DNA from: Escherichia coli
Lineage (GTDB): Bacteria; Pseudomonadota; Gammaproteobacteria; Enterobacterales; Enterobacteriaceae
Direction: 5' to 3' (one strand)
DNA: 64,000 nucleotides
Assembly: GCF_002854065.1 (NCBI RefSeq)
Contig: NZ_CP024147.1
Shown: one piece after another, positions 1-10,758 of the stretch
How positions within the stretch are numbered: the first letter of the stretch is position 1
Layout: every line of letters begins with the position of its first letter
The notes under the pieces: generated by a model
The model's input: only the letters and a program-made list of their open reading frames with translations
Databases searched by the model: none
What the model was told of the DNA's origin: nothing
Position numbers and translations under genes: made by a program

Positions 1-1028
1 GTTTCCACCGTTTTTTCCATCTTCAGTATCAGCGAAGTGATAGCAAAGGACACCAGGGTACCTACCGTAACACCGGCAATTGTCGCCAGGAACGAACCTT
101 TCGGCGTCAGCGCCAGGTAAGCAAAGATAGACCCCGGACTTGGGCCAGCCACCAGACCACCGTCCAGTAAGTTAAACATCCAGGTGCCAGACATACCGCC
201 CGCAATCATGGCAATAATAGTCAGCGGCTTCATCAGCACATATGGGAAATACAGTTCGTGGATGCCACCGAGGAAGTGAATAATCATCGCCCCGGGCGCA
301 GAACGTTTACTCATCCCTTTACCAAACAAGGTAAACGCCAGCAGCAGCCCCAGGCCCGGACCTGGGTTAGAGGCCACCATAAAGAAGATGGATTTACCGT
401 TAACCGAAGCCTGTTGCATTCCCAGCGGATAATAGACGCCCTGATCGATCGCATTATTAAGGAAAAGCACTTTCGCCGGTTCATTGATGACTGACAGCAG
501 AGGCAGATAACCCGCATGTACCAGCGCCTCAATACACTCTTTGACGAAAGTATTGGCAATTAACACCGCCGGGCCGATCACTTCAAAACCCAGCAGACAA
601 AGGAGCATCCCCGCGATACCTAATGAGAAGTTATTGATAACCATCTCAAAACCGGCAGGTATGCGTTTTTCCAGTGCCTTATCAACATATTTTATGACCA
701 GACCACCGAGCGGCCCCATAATCATTGAGCCAAGGAACATCGGGATCTCTGCGCCGACGATCACACCAATAGTACCTATTCCGCCCATGACCGCGCCGCG
801 TTTACCGCCGACCAGATGACCACCGGTAGAACCAATCATCACGGGCAATAAATAGGTAATCATCGGGCCGACAATTTTGGCGAAATGTTCGTTAGGCAGC
901 CAACCGGTGGGAATAAATAACGCAGTAATAAAACCCCAGGCAATAAAAGCACCAATATTGGGGATGACCATTGCAGTCAAAAAGCCCCCAAAAGCCTGGA
1001 CCTTTGCACGAGCAGACTTGTTTTCCAT
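1..1028 (-). CDS. cmtA: PTS mannitol-type EIICB component CmtA, 5' part (gene runs off the window start)
   Basis: Minus-strand ORF starting at the ATG at 1026-1028 (MENKSARAKVQAFGG...); membrane IIC-like sequence recognised from K-12 CmtA; position upstream of tktA matches K-12. Confidence 0.8.
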   Translation of the reverse strand, partial: MENKSARAKVQAFGGFLTAMVIPNIGAFIAWGFITALFIPTGWLPNEHFAKIVGPMITYLLPVMIGSTGGHLVGGKRGAVMGGIGTIGVIVGAEIPMFLGSMIMGPLGGLVIKYVDKALEKRIPAGFEMVINNFSLGIAGMLLCLLGFEVIGPAVLIANTFVKECIEALVHAGYLPLLSVINEPAKVLFLNNAIDQGVYYPLGMQQASVNGKSIFFMVASNPGPGLGLLLAFTLFGKGMSKRSAPGAMIIHFLGGIHELYFPYVLMKPLTIIAMIAGGMSGTWMFNLLDGGLVAGPSPGSIFAYLALTPKGSFLATIAGVTVGTLVSFAITSLILKMEKTVE

Positions 1029-1055
1029 AATATTATCCTGTAGAGGAGAGAGTAA

Positions 1056-1499
1056 TTATCCGCGGCTGATAATGTCCGCTAATTGTTTTTCTGATGATGC
1101 TGTTAAGAGTTGTTCGAGTATTTCTTCTTCGCACAGTAATTCACTTAACGCCTGAATAGCGCCAATGTGCGAATCGGCATCGGCAGCAGAGAGTCCGATG
1201 AGTAATTTAATTGGTTCGTCATTCCCCGGAAAATAAACACCTTGTTCAAGTAATGTCAAAGACATCCCGGTTTTAAGCGCCCCACATTCCGGTCGCGCAT
1301 GAGGCATTGCCACGCCTGGTGCGAGAATATAATAAGGGCCATTGTTGATGGTGGAATCTTTAATAGCCTGAATGTAATTCTCGCTGATATAGTTTTTATC
1401 CAGCAATGATGCCATCGAGAAATCGATAGCTTCCTGCCAATCTTTTGCTGAATGTATAACTGAGATTGATGATTCTGGAAAATAATCACTAAGCCGCAT
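1056..1499 (-). CDS. cmtB: PTS mannitol-type EIIA component CmtB
   Basis: 147-aa ORF, same length and context as K-12 CmtB; EIIA-like sequence. Confidence 0.8.
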   Translation of the reverse strand: MRLSDYFPESSISVIHSAKDWQEAIDFSMASLLDKNYISENYIQAIKDSTINNGPYYILAPGVAMPHARPECGALKTGMSLTLLEQGVYFPGNDEPIKLLIGLSAADADSHIGAIQALSELLCEEEILEQLLTASSEKQLADIISRG

Positions 1500-1555
1500 A
1501 AATTATCCTTATTTTATTTTTAGGGTGCCGTCCGGCGGTAAAAATAAAATACTCG

Positions 1556-2323
1556 GGTAATGACTCCAACTTATTGATAGTGTTTTATGTTCAGATAATG
1601 CCCGATGACTTTGTCATGCAGCTCCACCGATTTTGAGAACGACAGCGACTTCCGTCCCAGCCGTGCCAGGTGCTGCCTCAGATTCAGGTTATGCCGCTCA
1701 ATTCGCTGCGTATATCGCTTGCTGATTACGTGCAGCTTTCCCTTCAGGCGGGATTCATACAGCGGCCAGCCATCCGTCATCCATATCACCACGTCAAAGG
1801 GTGACAGCAGGCTCATAAGACGCCCCAGCGTCGCCATAGTGCGTTCACCGAATACGTGCGCAACAACCGTCTTCCGGAGACTGTCATACGCGTAAAACAG
1901 CCAGCGCTGGCGCGATTTAGCCCCGACATAGCCCCACTGTTCGTCCATTTCCGCGCAGACGATGACGTCACTGCCCGGCTGTATGCGCGAGGTTACCGAC
2001 TGCGGCCTGAGTTTTTTAAGTGACGTAAAATCGTGTTGAGGCCAACGCCCATAATGCGGGCAGTTGCCCGGCATCCAACGCCATTCATGGCCATATCAAT
2101 GATTTTCTGGTGCGTACCGGGTTGAGAAGCGGTGTAAGTGAACTGCAGTTGCCATGTTTTACGGCAGTGAGAGCAGAGATAGCGCTGATGTCCGGCGGTG
2201 CTTTTGCCGTTACGCACCACCCCGTCAGTAGCTGAACAGGAGGGACAGCTGATAGAAACAGAAGCCACTGGAGCACCTCAAAAACACCATCATACACTAA
2301 ATCAGTAAGTTGGCAGCATCACC
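1556..2323 (-). mobile_element. insAB: IS1 copy 1 (768 bp; insA 1993-2268, insB 1571-2074 on minus strand), variant isoform
   Basis: Terminal inverted repeats GGTAATGACTCC...GCAGCATCACC; InsA/InsB ORFs; perfect 9-bp direct target duplication AAATACTCG at 1547-1555 and 2324-2332. Several residues differ from copies 2 and 3. Confidence 0.95.
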
Positions 2324-2653
2324 AAATACTCGTGCGGTTTAATGAAAGCAATTGGGTACGCGAGAAGAAAAACCCCATAAACCAAAATAATAAAACCTTA
2401 AATAACAACAATATGAAATTGATATCTTTAAAGTCAACTTTGTGTTTGTTATGTTTATCACAAAATCAACATTTTGTTTGTTATTGTATTTGTGATGCAT
2501 ATCTCTATTTATTTATTGAATGTTCGAAAACATACTTTTCTAATGCAATGTTTTTTCGCTATACCCCTTTATAGAATCTGAATTCTCACCTGTCGGCTGT
2601 TTTCTCCTCATCTCATGTGACATATTCCCACACTTTACTCAAGGAAGATTGTC

Positions 2654-3562
2654 ATGAAAGCACCTGTTTCATTAACCTCATTTCGCCCACAAAAATCTCT
2701 TGCTATCGCCATCGGCGTGCTTGCCGTGGTTGTGCTGCCATTTCTCTCGTATTACACCGTTAATGAAGGTGAACGCGGCATTTTGCTGCGCTACGGAAAA
2801 ATCGTAAAAGTTGCCGAGCCGGGTCTGGGTTTTAAGATCCCGTTTATGGAAAGCGTGGAGAAAATTTCCACGCGTAATCAGGCTGTGGTCTATCAGGGAT
2901 TACAGGCCTACAGCCGCGACCAGCAACCGGCACAAATGACAGTATCAGTCAGCTTCCACATTAAACCTTCAGAAGCAGGCGCGGTTTATACCACCTACAA
3001 CACCATTGAAGCATTAAAAGATCGTCTGATTGTCCGTCAGTTGCCAACTCAACTGGAGAACGTTTTCGGCCAATATACCGCCATCAGCGCTGTACAGGAT
3101 CGTACAAAACTGGTTCAGGATCTGCAAAATGCCATGCGCAAAGCCGTTGTTGGGCCAGTGGTAATTGACGGGGTCCAGATTGAAAATATTGATTTTTCTG
3201 ACGCTTATGAAAAGTCGATTGAAGACCGAATGAAAGCAGAAGTCGCCATTGCCACGCGTAAGCAAAATCTGGAAACAGAGAAAATCCAGGCGCAAATAGC
3301 GGTAACTCAGGCCCAGGCAGAAGCAGACAGTAAACTGGCGGCAGCCAAAGCAGAAGCGGAAACTATTCGCGTAAGAGGCGCGGCAGAGGCTGAAACTATT
3401 CGTTTAAAAAGTGCGGCTGAAGCAGAAGCAATCCGCCTGCGCGGTGAAGCTCTGCGGGATAATCCCGGACTTGTAGCCCTCACCACTGCCGAACGTTGGG
3501 ACGGTAAACTGCCCGATACCATGATCCCCGGCAGCACAGTTCCGTTTATCTCTACTAAGTAA
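2654..3562 (+). CDS. SPFH/band-7 (flotillin-like) membrane protein with C-terminal Ala/Glu-rich 11-aa tandem repeats
   Basis: 302-aa ORF with N-terminal hydrophobic anchor, SPFH-like core and three repeats AEAETIRVRGA/AEAETIRLKSA/AEAEAIRLRGE; AT-rich upstream region 2330-2650; no K-12 gene at this position as far as I recall. Confidence 0.7.
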   Translation: MKAPVSLTSFRPQKSLAIAIGVLAVVVLPFLSYYTVNEGERGILLRYGKIVKVAEPGLGFKIPFMESVEKISTRNQAVVYQGLQAYSRDQQPAQMTVSVSFHIKPSEAGAVYTTYNTIEALKDRLIVRQLPTQLENVFGQYTAISAVQDRTKLVQDLQNAMRKAVVGPVVIDGVQIENIDFSDAYEKSIEDRMKAEVAIATRKQNLETEKIQAQIAVTQAQAEADSKLAAAKAEAETIRVRGAAEAETIRLKSAAEAEAIRLRGEALRDNPGLVALTTAERWDGKLPDTMIPGSTVPFISTK

Positions 3563-3564
3563 AA

Positions 3565-3590
3565 AAAGGGCCGCTTTCGCGGCCCTTGAG
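3565..3590. terminator. Stem-loop terminator downstream of the SPFH gene
   Basis: GGGCCGC-TTTC-GCGGCCC perfect hairpin preceded by an A-run; the same 22-bp sequence recurs at 3741-3762. Confidence 0.6.
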
Positions 3591-3594
3591 AGTG

Positions 3595-3735
<141 letters not shown>

Positions 3736-3738
3736 TCT

Positions 3739-3765
3739 AAAGGGCCGCTTTCGCGGCCCTTCTCA
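3739..3765. terminator. Stem-loop terminator downstream of tktA (second copy of the 22-bp hairpin)
   Basis: Identical GGGCCGCTTTCGCGGCCC hairpin immediately 3' of the tktA stop on the minus strand. Confidence 0.6.
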
Positions 3766-3781
3766 CAAAACGTCTTACTGA

Positions 3782-5773
3782 TTACAGCAGCGCTTTTGCT
3801 TTCGCAACAACGTTATCAACAGTGAAGCCGAACTCTTCAAACAGCAGCTCTGCCGGAGCAGATTCACCGAAGGTGGTCATACCGACGATAGCACCGTTCA
3901 GGCCAACATACTTGTACCAGTAGTCAGCAATACCCGCTTCTACCGCAACGCGTGCAGTAACCGCTTTCGGCAGTACGGATTCACGGTAAGCCGCATCCTG
4001 CTTGTCGAATGCATCGGTAGACGGCATGGAAACCACGCGCGCCTTCACGCCTTCGGCAGTCAGTTTTTCGTAGGCGGCAACAGCCAGTTCAACTTCCGAA
4101 CCGGTCGCGATGAAGATCAGTTCCGGCTGACCGGCACAGTCTTTCAGCACATAACCACCGCGCGCGATGTTTGCCAGCTGCTCTTCAGTACGCTCCTGCT
4201 GCGCCAGGTTCTGACGGGAGAGGATAAGCGCGGTCGGGCCGTCCTGACGCTCAACACCGTATTTCCATGCCACTGCAGATTCAACCTGGTCACATGGACG
4301 CCATGTAGACATGTTCGGGGTCACGCGCAGAGAAGCAACCTGCTCTACCGGCTGGTGAGTCGGGCCATCTTCGCCCAGACCGATGGAGTCGTGGGTGTAA
4401 ACCATCACCTGACGCTGTTTCATCAGCGCAGCCATACGTACGGCATTACGTGCGTATTCTACGAACATCAGGAAGGTGGAGGTGTACGGCAGGAAGCCAC
4501 CGTGCAGGGAGATACCGTTAGCAATCGCGGTCATACCGAACTCGCGAACACCGTAGTGGATGTAGTTACCCGCAGCATCTTCGTTGATTGCTTTAGAACC
4601 AGACCACAGGGTCAGGTTAGACGGTGCCAGGTCAGCGGAGCCGCCGAGGAATTCCGGCAACAGCGGACCGAACGCTTCGATAGCATTCTGCGACGCTTTA
4701 CGGCTGGCGATTTTCGCCGGATTAGCCTGCAGTTTAGCAATGAACTCTTTCGCTTTCGCGTCGAAGTCAGACGGCATTTCACCTTTCATACGACGGGTGA
4801 ATTCAGCCGCTTCCTGCGGGAAGGCTTTGGCGTAAGCCGCGAATTTCTCATTCCAGGCAGCTTCTTTCGCCTGGCCTGCTTCTTTCGCATCCCACTGCGC
4901 ATAGATTTCAGACGGGATTTCGAACGGTGCGTATTTCCAGCCCAGCTGTTCGCGGGTCAGAGCGATTTCTGCATCACCCAGCGGCGCACCGTGGGAGTCG
5001 TGAGTACCGGCTTTGTTCGGGGAACCGAAACCGATGATGGTTTTGCACATCAGCAGGGACGGTTTGTCAGTCACTGCGCGCGCTTCTTCTACTGCGCGTT
5101 TGATGGATGCTGCGTCATGACCGTCGATGTCGCGAATAACGTGCCAGCCGTAAGCTTCGAAACGCATTGCGGTGTCGTCGGTGAACCAGCCTTCAACGTG
5201 ACCATCAATAGAGATACCGTTGTCATCGTAGAACGCAATCAGTTTACCCAGCTTCAGCGTACCCGCCAGAGAGCAAACTTCGTGGGAGATGCCTTCCATC
5301 ATGCAGCCGTCGCCCATGAAGGCGTAGGTGTAGTGATCGACAATGTCGTGGCCCGGACGGTTAAACTGCGCCGCCAGCGTTTTTTCTGCAATCGCCATAC
5401 CTACTGCGTTGGCAATACCCTGCCCCAGCGGACCGGTGGTGGTTTCCACACCAGCGGTGTAACCCACTTCCGGGTGGCCCGGAGTTTTAGAGTGCAGCTG
5501 ACGGAAGTTTTTCAGTTCTTCCATCGGCAGATCGTAACCGGTGAGGTGCAGCAGGCTGTAGATCAGCATGGAGCCGTGGCCGTTGGACAGCACGAAGCGG
5601 TCACGGTCAGCCCAGGACGGATTCTGCGGGTTGTGTTTCAGGAAATCACGCCACAGGACTTCGGCAATGTCAGCCATACCCATAGGGGCACCCGGGTGAC
5701 CGGATTTGGCTTTCTGTACTGCGTCCATGCTCAGCGCACGAATAGCATTGGCAAGCTCTTTACGTGAGGACAT
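3782..5773 (-). CDS. tktA: Transketolase 1
   Basis: 663-aa ORF from [28 protein letters not shown]; thiamine-diphosphate enzyme sequence recognised as K-12 TktA. Confidence 0.95.
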   Translation of the reverse strand: MSSRKELANAIRALSMDAVQKAKSGHPGAPMGMADIAEVLWRDFLKHNPQNPSWADRDRFVLSNGHGSMLIYSLLHLTGYDLPMEELKNFRQLHSKTPGHPEVGYTAGVETTTGPLGQGIANAVGMAIAEKTLAAQFNRPGHDIVDHYTYAFMGDGCMMEGISHEVCSLAGTLKLGKLIAFYDDNGISIDGHVEGWFTDDTAMRFEAYGWHVIRDIDGHDAASIKRAVEEARAVTDKPSLLMCKTIIGFGSPNKAGTHDSHGAPLGDAEIALTREQLGWKYAPFEIPSEIYAQWDAKEAGQAKEAAWNEKFAAYAKAFPQEAAEFTRRMKGEMPSDFDAKAKEFIAKLQANPAKIASRKASQNAIEAFGPLLPEFLGGSADLAPSNLTLWSGSKAINEDAAGNYIHYGVREFGMTAIANGISLHGGFLPYTSTFLMFVEYARNAVRMAALMKQRQVMVYTHDSIGLGEDGPTHQPVEQVASLRVTPNMSTWRPCDQVESAVAWKYGVERQDGPTALILSRQNLAQQERTEEQLANIARGGYVLKDCAGQPELIFIATGSEVELAVAAYEKLTAEGVKARVVSMPSTDAFDKQDAAYRESVLPKAVTARVAVEAGIADYWYKYVGLNGAIVGMTTFGESAPAELLFEEFGFTVDNVVAKAKALL

Positions 5774-6050
5774 TTTGACTCCAGATCGGATGATGAAGGG
5801 CACGCCCTTAACGACTTGACGACAGCGCGTTTTGGGCTACGCCGGAAAATTTGCCAACAATTTACCGCAAGCCGCGCGTCATGTACATGGAACATCCTTT
5901 TGCCGCTTCAGAAATCTCTGGATCATGCTCGCATGTTGCGCAATCTACTCGCCCGTCCGCTGCGCTTTTCCTTATACTGAGACTGAGCGTCGGTTCACCT
6001 GCAAACGGCGCATTTTTAGAATAATCCTGACCTTGTGCGGAAGAAAAAAC

Positions 6051-6809
6051 ATGAAAATTCGCGCCTTATTGGTAGCAATGAGCGTGGCAACGGTACTGAC
6101 TGGTTGCCAGAATATGGACTCCAACGGACTGCTCTCATCAGGAGCGGAAGCTTTTCAGGCTTACAGTTTGAGTGATGCTCAGGTGAAAACCCTGAGCGAT
6201 CAGGCATGTCAGGAGATGGACAGCAAGGCGACGATTGCGCCAGCCAATAGCGAATACGCTAAACGTCTGACAACCATTGCCAACGCGCTAGGCAACAATA
6301 TCAACGGTCAGCCAGTGAATTACAAAGTGTATATGGCGAAGGATGTGAACGCCTTTGCGATGGCTAACGGCTGTATCCGCGTCTATAGCGGGCTGATGGA
6401 TATGATGACGGATAACGAAGTCGAAGCGGTGATCGGTCACGAAATGGGGCACGTGGCGTTAGGCCATGTGAAGAAAGGGATGCAGGTGGCACTTGGTACA
6501 AATGCCGTGCGAGTCGCGGCGGCCTCTGCGGGCGGTATCGTCGGCAGTTTATCGCAATCACAGCTTGGTGATCTGGGCGAGAAATTAGTCAATTCGCAAT
6601 TCTCCCAGCGCCAGGAAGCAGAGGCGGATGATTACTCCTACGATTTACTGCGCCAACGCGGCATCAGTCCGGCAGGTCTTGCCACCAGCTTTGAAAAACT
6701 GGCAAAACTGGAAGAAGGTCGCCAAAGCTCAATGTTTGACGACCATCCAGCATCCGCCGAACGCGCCCAGCATATTCGCGATCGTATGAGCGCGGACGGG
6801 ATTAAGTAA
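6051..6809 (+). CDS. loiP: Periplasmic metalloprotease LoiP (YggG), lipoprotein
   Basis: 252-aa ORF from MKIRALLVAMSVATVLTGC with HEMGH zinc motif; ATG at 6051; the track ORF is an upstream extension. Confidence 0.9.
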   Translation: MKIRALLVAMSVATVLTGCQNMDSNGLLSSGAEAFQAYSLSDAQVKTLSDQACQEMDSKATIAPANSEYAKRLTTIANALGNNINGQPVNYKVYMAKDVNAFAMANGCIRVYSGLMDMMTDNEVEAVIGHEMGHVALGHVKKGMQVALGTNAVRVAAASAGGIVGSLSQSQLGDLGEKLVNSQFSQRQEAEADDYSYDLLRQRGISPAGLATSFEKLAKLEEGRQSSMFDDHPASAERAQHIRDRMSADGIK

Positions 6810-7125
6810 GGCATGGTGGTGCCAAACGTAGTTCAGATAAGGCATTTACGCCGCATCTGACATAAATGGCACATTCACTACCTCGTGCGCATTGCCGGAT
6901 GCGATGCTGGCGCATCTTATCCGGCCTACGGGTGCCAAACGTAGGTCAGATAAGGCGTTCACCCCGCATCTGACATGAATGGCACATTTGTTACCTTGTG
7001 CGCATTGCCGGATGCGATGCTGGCGCATCTTATCCGGCCTACGGGTGCCGAACGTAGGTCGGATAAGGCGTTCACGCTGCATCCGACATTAATGGCACGT
7101 TTTACCCGTGCGCATCGCATCTGGT
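6810..7125. repeat. Three tandem REP/BIME units
   Basis: About 100-bp unit (GTGCCAAACGTAGGTCAGATAAGGCG...CCGCATCTGACA...GCGCATTGCCGGATGCGATGCTGGCGCATCTTATCCGGCCTAC) repeated three times between loiP and speB. Confidence 0.8.
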
Positions 7126-7127
7126 GC

Positions 7128-8048
7128 TTACTCGCCCTTTTTCGCCGCCTGAATATACAGCATTTCCAGCGCCAGCGTTGCCGCTGCCAGAGCGGTGATT
7201 TCCGACTGATCGTATGCCGGAGCCACTTCCACTACGTCCATCCCAACGATGTTGAGATCTTTCAGGCCGCGTACCAGTTTAATAGCGCGATCGGAGGTCA
7301 GACCGCCAATTACCGGCGTACCGGTTCCCGGCGCAAATGCAGGATCCAGGCAGTCGATATCAAAGGTCAGGTAAACCGGCATATCACCCACAATTTGTTT
7401 CACCTGGGCGATAACGTCATCCACGCTGCGATCGTTCACCTGGCAGGCGTCCAGCACGGTAAAGCCGTTGTCTTTATCAAATTCGGTACGAATACCAATC
7501 TGCACGGAATGATTCGGATCGATCAGACCTTCTTTCGGCGCGGTATAGAACATGGTGCCGTGGTCAAATTCACAACCGTTCGCGTAGGTATCGGTGTGGG
7601 CGTCAAAGTGTACCAGCGCCATTTTGCCGAAATGCTTCGCATGAGCACGCAGCAGCGGCAGCGTAACAAAGTGGTCACCACCGAAGGAGAGCATACGCTT
7701 ACCGGCAGCCAGCAGCTTCTCGGCGTGTGCCTGCAGTTTTTCGCTCATCTCACGGGCATCGCCGAAGGCATATACCAGATCGCCGCAGTCCACCACGTTC
7801 AGACGCTCGCGCATGTCGAAATTCCACGGGAAGCGGTTGTGTTCCCAGGCCAGGTTAGTCGAAACCTGGCGAATCGCCGCCGGGCCATGACGACCACCGG
7901 CACGGCCAGAGGTGGCCATGTCGAACGGCACGCCGGTGATCACCCAGTCGGCATCGCTGTCATACGGCTGGAAGTTCATCGGCAGGCGTAAAAAACCAAA
8001 GGCGTTGGAAACCAGTGAGTTATCGTATTGATGACCTAAGGTGCTCAT
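7128..8048 (-). CDS. speB: Agmatinase
   Basis: 306-aa ORF, arginase-fold sequence recognised as K-12 SpeB. Confidence 0.95.
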   Translation of the reverse strand: MSTLGHQYDNSLVSNAFGFLRLPMNFQPYDSDADWVITGVPFDMATSGRAGGRHGPAAIRQVSTNLAWEHNRFPWNFDMRERLNVVDCGDLVYAFGDAREMSEKLQAHAEKLLAAGKRMLSFGGDHFVTLPLLRAHAKHFGKMALVHFDAHTDTYANGCEFDHGTMFYTAPKEGLIDPNHSVQIGIRTEFDKDNGFTVLDACQVNDRSVDDVIAQVKQIVGDMPVYLTFDIDCLDPAFAPGTGTPVIGGLTSDRAIKLVRGLKDLNIVGMDVVEVAPAYDQSEITALAAATLALEMLYIQAAKKGE

Positions 8049-8183
8049 GGATGGACTCCTATTACAAAGTCGATATAAAAAAACCCTTCCGCGTCGTTAG
8101 GCCCGACGAGGAAGGGTTGGATTTGCGAAACACAAGTTTGTGCTAATTATCGCCTTAAATGGGCGAGGCATCAAGCGAGGTTG

Positions 8184-8650
8184 CTATTTCCGACACGGTG
8201 GCGGCGCATAGCCATTGTTATCTGCCGGAAAGGCTTGTCCAGAGCACGGCGGCAGCGCGTTTTGCGCCTGGCCTTGTAATTCAAAGGCGGCAAAGCCGAT
8301 TACACCGGTATTACGCACATCGCCTTGCGCCGAATTGGCTGCGTAGGAATCAGCAACGTTGGCGAACTGAAAAGCCGCTTCGGTATGTTTATCTTTGCGG
8401 AATCCTTTAATCGCTAACGAATCTCCGGCATTCACAATATAGCCGTTGTTATTCAGCGAACCTTGCTTGCCGTTCAGCACATCCAGGCCATCAACCGTAG
8501 CAACGATCTCGTAGTTGGTGTTACGACTGTAATTACGAACATATAATTGATAATTCATTCCGACTCTGGCGTGGACAATATAGCGTGGTTCATTATTGGA
8601 TGAATCATAAACACGCGTAATAGGTAGAGAATTAAAATTACCATCGCGAA
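8184..8650 (-). pseudogene. 3' portion of an IS1-disrupted lipoprotein gene; its 5' portion is at 44235-44508
   Basis: Minus-strand reading frame is open right up to the IS1 end at 8651; joining rc(8184-8650) to 44235-44508 across the 9-bp duplication is in-frame and restores a 245-aa lipoprotein. Confidence 0.8.
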
Positions 8651-9418
8651 GGTAATGACTCCAACTTATTGATAGTGTTTTATGTTCAGATAATGCCCGA
8701 TGACTTTGTCATGCAGCTCCACCGATTTTGAGAACGACAGCGACTTCCGTCCCAGCCGTGCCAGGTGCTGCCTCAGATTCAGGTTATGCCGCTCAATTCG
8801 CTGCGTATATCGCTTGCTGATTACGTGCAGCTTTCCCTTCAGGCGGGATTCATACAGCGGCCAGCCATCCGTCATCCATATCACCACGTCAAAGGGTGAC
8901 AGCAGGCTCATAAGACGCCCCAGCGTCGCCATAGTGCGTTCACCGAATACGTGCGCAACAACCGTCTTCCGGAGCCTGTCATACGCGTAAAACAGCCAGC
9001 GCTGGCGCGATTTAGCCCCGACGTATCCCCACTGTTCGTCCATTTCCGCGCAGACGATGACGTCACTGCCCGGCTGTATGCGCGAGGTTACCGACTGCGG
9101 CCTGAGTTTTTTAAATGGCGGAAAATCGTGTTGAGGCCAACGCCCATAATGCGGGCGGTTGCCCGGCATCCAACGCCATTCATGGCCATATCAATGATTT
9201 TCTGGTGCGTACCGGGTTGAGAAGCGGTGTAAGTGAACTGCAGTTGCCATGTTTTACGGCAGTGAGAGCAGAGATAGCGCTGATGTCCGGCAGTGCTTTT
9301 GCCGTTACGCACCACCCCGTCAGTAGCTGAACAGGAGGGACAGCTGATAGAAACAGAAGCCACTGGAGCACCTCAAAAACACCATCATACACTAAATCAG
9401 TAAGTTGGCAGCATCACC
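8651..9418 (-). mobile_element. insAB: IS1 copy 2 (insA 9088-9363, insB 8666-9169); left end of the inversion
   Basis: 768-bp IS1 with IRs; ORF translations identical to copy 3; outer flank CATCGCGAA (8642-8650) is the reverse complement of the 9 bp preceding copy 3 (44500-44508). Confidence 0.95.
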
Positions 9419-10058
9419 CTCATGGGGTTATACATCAGCCGGGATTTCAAAAGCCTTCGGTGATGATAAATATCAACAGCAGTATTTATCACAGCGCAGC
9501 GGGTTTGCTATAGGTGAGGATGGTTTTGCATGGGGCCGCATGGACTATGATTCCGCGCTAATTGTCGATGCTACGGATTTGCCCGAAGATCAGTATTTCG
9601 AGGTGCGTAATCGTAATTCGGCACCAACGATTGTAAAAGGTGGTCAGAAAACAACGCTTTCTATGGAGCCGTATCGTAAGGTCGCACCAGAAGCTGAACA
9701 ACTCTACAGCAATAATATGGATGCTTATTACAATCTGAAAACGGAGTCTACTTCTACCTGGGCGAAACCAGGGCAAGTTTATAAAGTTAAACTTTCCGCA
9801 ACCCGGAATCTGACCGTCACCGGACGCCTTTATTTTGACGGTCAACCGTTGATTAACGCCAGGGTCGTTGGTGGGAATGCAATGGCAGATACTGATGGCT
9901 TATTTGTTGGTGATTTTACACTCCAGACAAATGAACAACTTAAATCTGTGAAAGTTAAACAAGACGGGCGTGATTTCATCTGTCCACTGCTGGATGAAAA
10001 TATCAAACTTGCGCAGGGTATTATGCAAATTCGTGAGGTTAATTGTGAAGTTCAATAA
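9419..10058 (+). pseudogene. C-terminal fragment of a fimbrial usher, 5' part removed at the IS1 junction
   Basis: No start codon; frame open from the IS1 boundary; ends with a Cys...Cys tail (CPLLDENIKLAQGIMQIREVNCEVQ) typical of usher C-termini; sits directly upstream of a CS1-type chaperone gene. Confidence 0.5.
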
Positions 10059-10755
10059 ATGGATGGCTCTTTTTTTAGGATTGTTGGCTGGGTTTTCTAC
10101 CGTAGCGCAAGCTATTGAGGTGTTTCCTATTGTAAAAGAAATAAAGGAAGAAACGCCAAGAGATAATTATATTACCGTTAAGTCTATGTTTAAGCTGAAT
10201 GATAAAGTTGATGTTCCAGAACCAGACAAACAGCAATATGAATTCGTTACGCTTGATCTCTATCACATAAAAAACCCAGGCGATAAAAAAGAAAATATGG
10301 AAAAGGAATTGGGGACGGAAAACCCTGCGCTGGTATTTTCACCGACCAAACTGGTTATTCCATTCGGTGAAGAAAGGAAAATTCGCATCATGCCTATGCG
10401 TCCGGTTGATCATGAAACGGTATACAGGCTGCGTGTACGACCAAGTTATCCGGAACAGGCCCTTGAAAAAGGGAAGGTCCGTTTTGCTATTGGATATGAT
10501 GTTTTAATTCGTTATCTCCCGTCAGGTAAGCACACTCAGGGGATACAGATTAGCTGTGATAAAAACAACTGGCATTTGAAAGCAACCGGTAATGTAAGAA
10601 GTGAATTACGTAAATTGGTGATTGATGGCCGGATGCAGGAGGGGAATTTCAATGTTTATCCGGAAAACAGCAGAACTCTTAACGTGAATAAACGTCTTTC
10701 CTTCGAAATGGATGGAAAAACGCTGGTTTACGAAAATTGTCTGCTTAAGGAGTAA
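10045..10755 (+). CDS. Periplasmic chaperone of alternate chaperone-usher (CS1/CFA-I class) fimbriae
   Basis: Signal peptide (probable GTG start at 10045, MKFNKWMALFLGLLAGFSTVAQA); spacing of hydrophobic blocks resembles CooB/CfaA-type chaperones as I remember them. Confidence 0.5.
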   Translation: MKFNKWMALFLGLLAGFSTVAQAIEVFPIVKEIKEETPRDNYITVKSMFKLNDKVDVPEPDKQQYEFVTLDLYHIKNPGDKKENMEKELGTENPALVFSPTKLVIPFGEERKIRIMPMRPVDHETVYRLRVRPSYPEQALEKGKVRFAIGYDVLIRYLPSGKHTQGIQISCDKNNWHLKATGNVRSELRKLVIDGRMQEGNFNVYPENSRTLNVNKRLSFEMDGKTLVYENCLLKE

Positions 10756-10758
10756 TTC

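Noticed and set aside
2332-2574. 80-aa ORF in the AT-rich region upstream of the SPFH gene
   Set aside because: Asn/Leu/Cys-rich low-complexity translation in an AT-rich promoter-like region; no RBS or signal features; more likely regulatory DNA.
4355-5767. 470-aa plus-strand ORF antisense to tktA, and similar long antisense ORFs opposite speB (6975-7991), ansB (27282-28328), metK (40545-41165), speA (43373-43945) and glcB
   Set aside because: Each lies entirely within a well-supported conserved gene on the other strand; their translations are Arg/Val/Gly-rich low-complexity sequence typical of antisense frames in GC-rich coding DNA.
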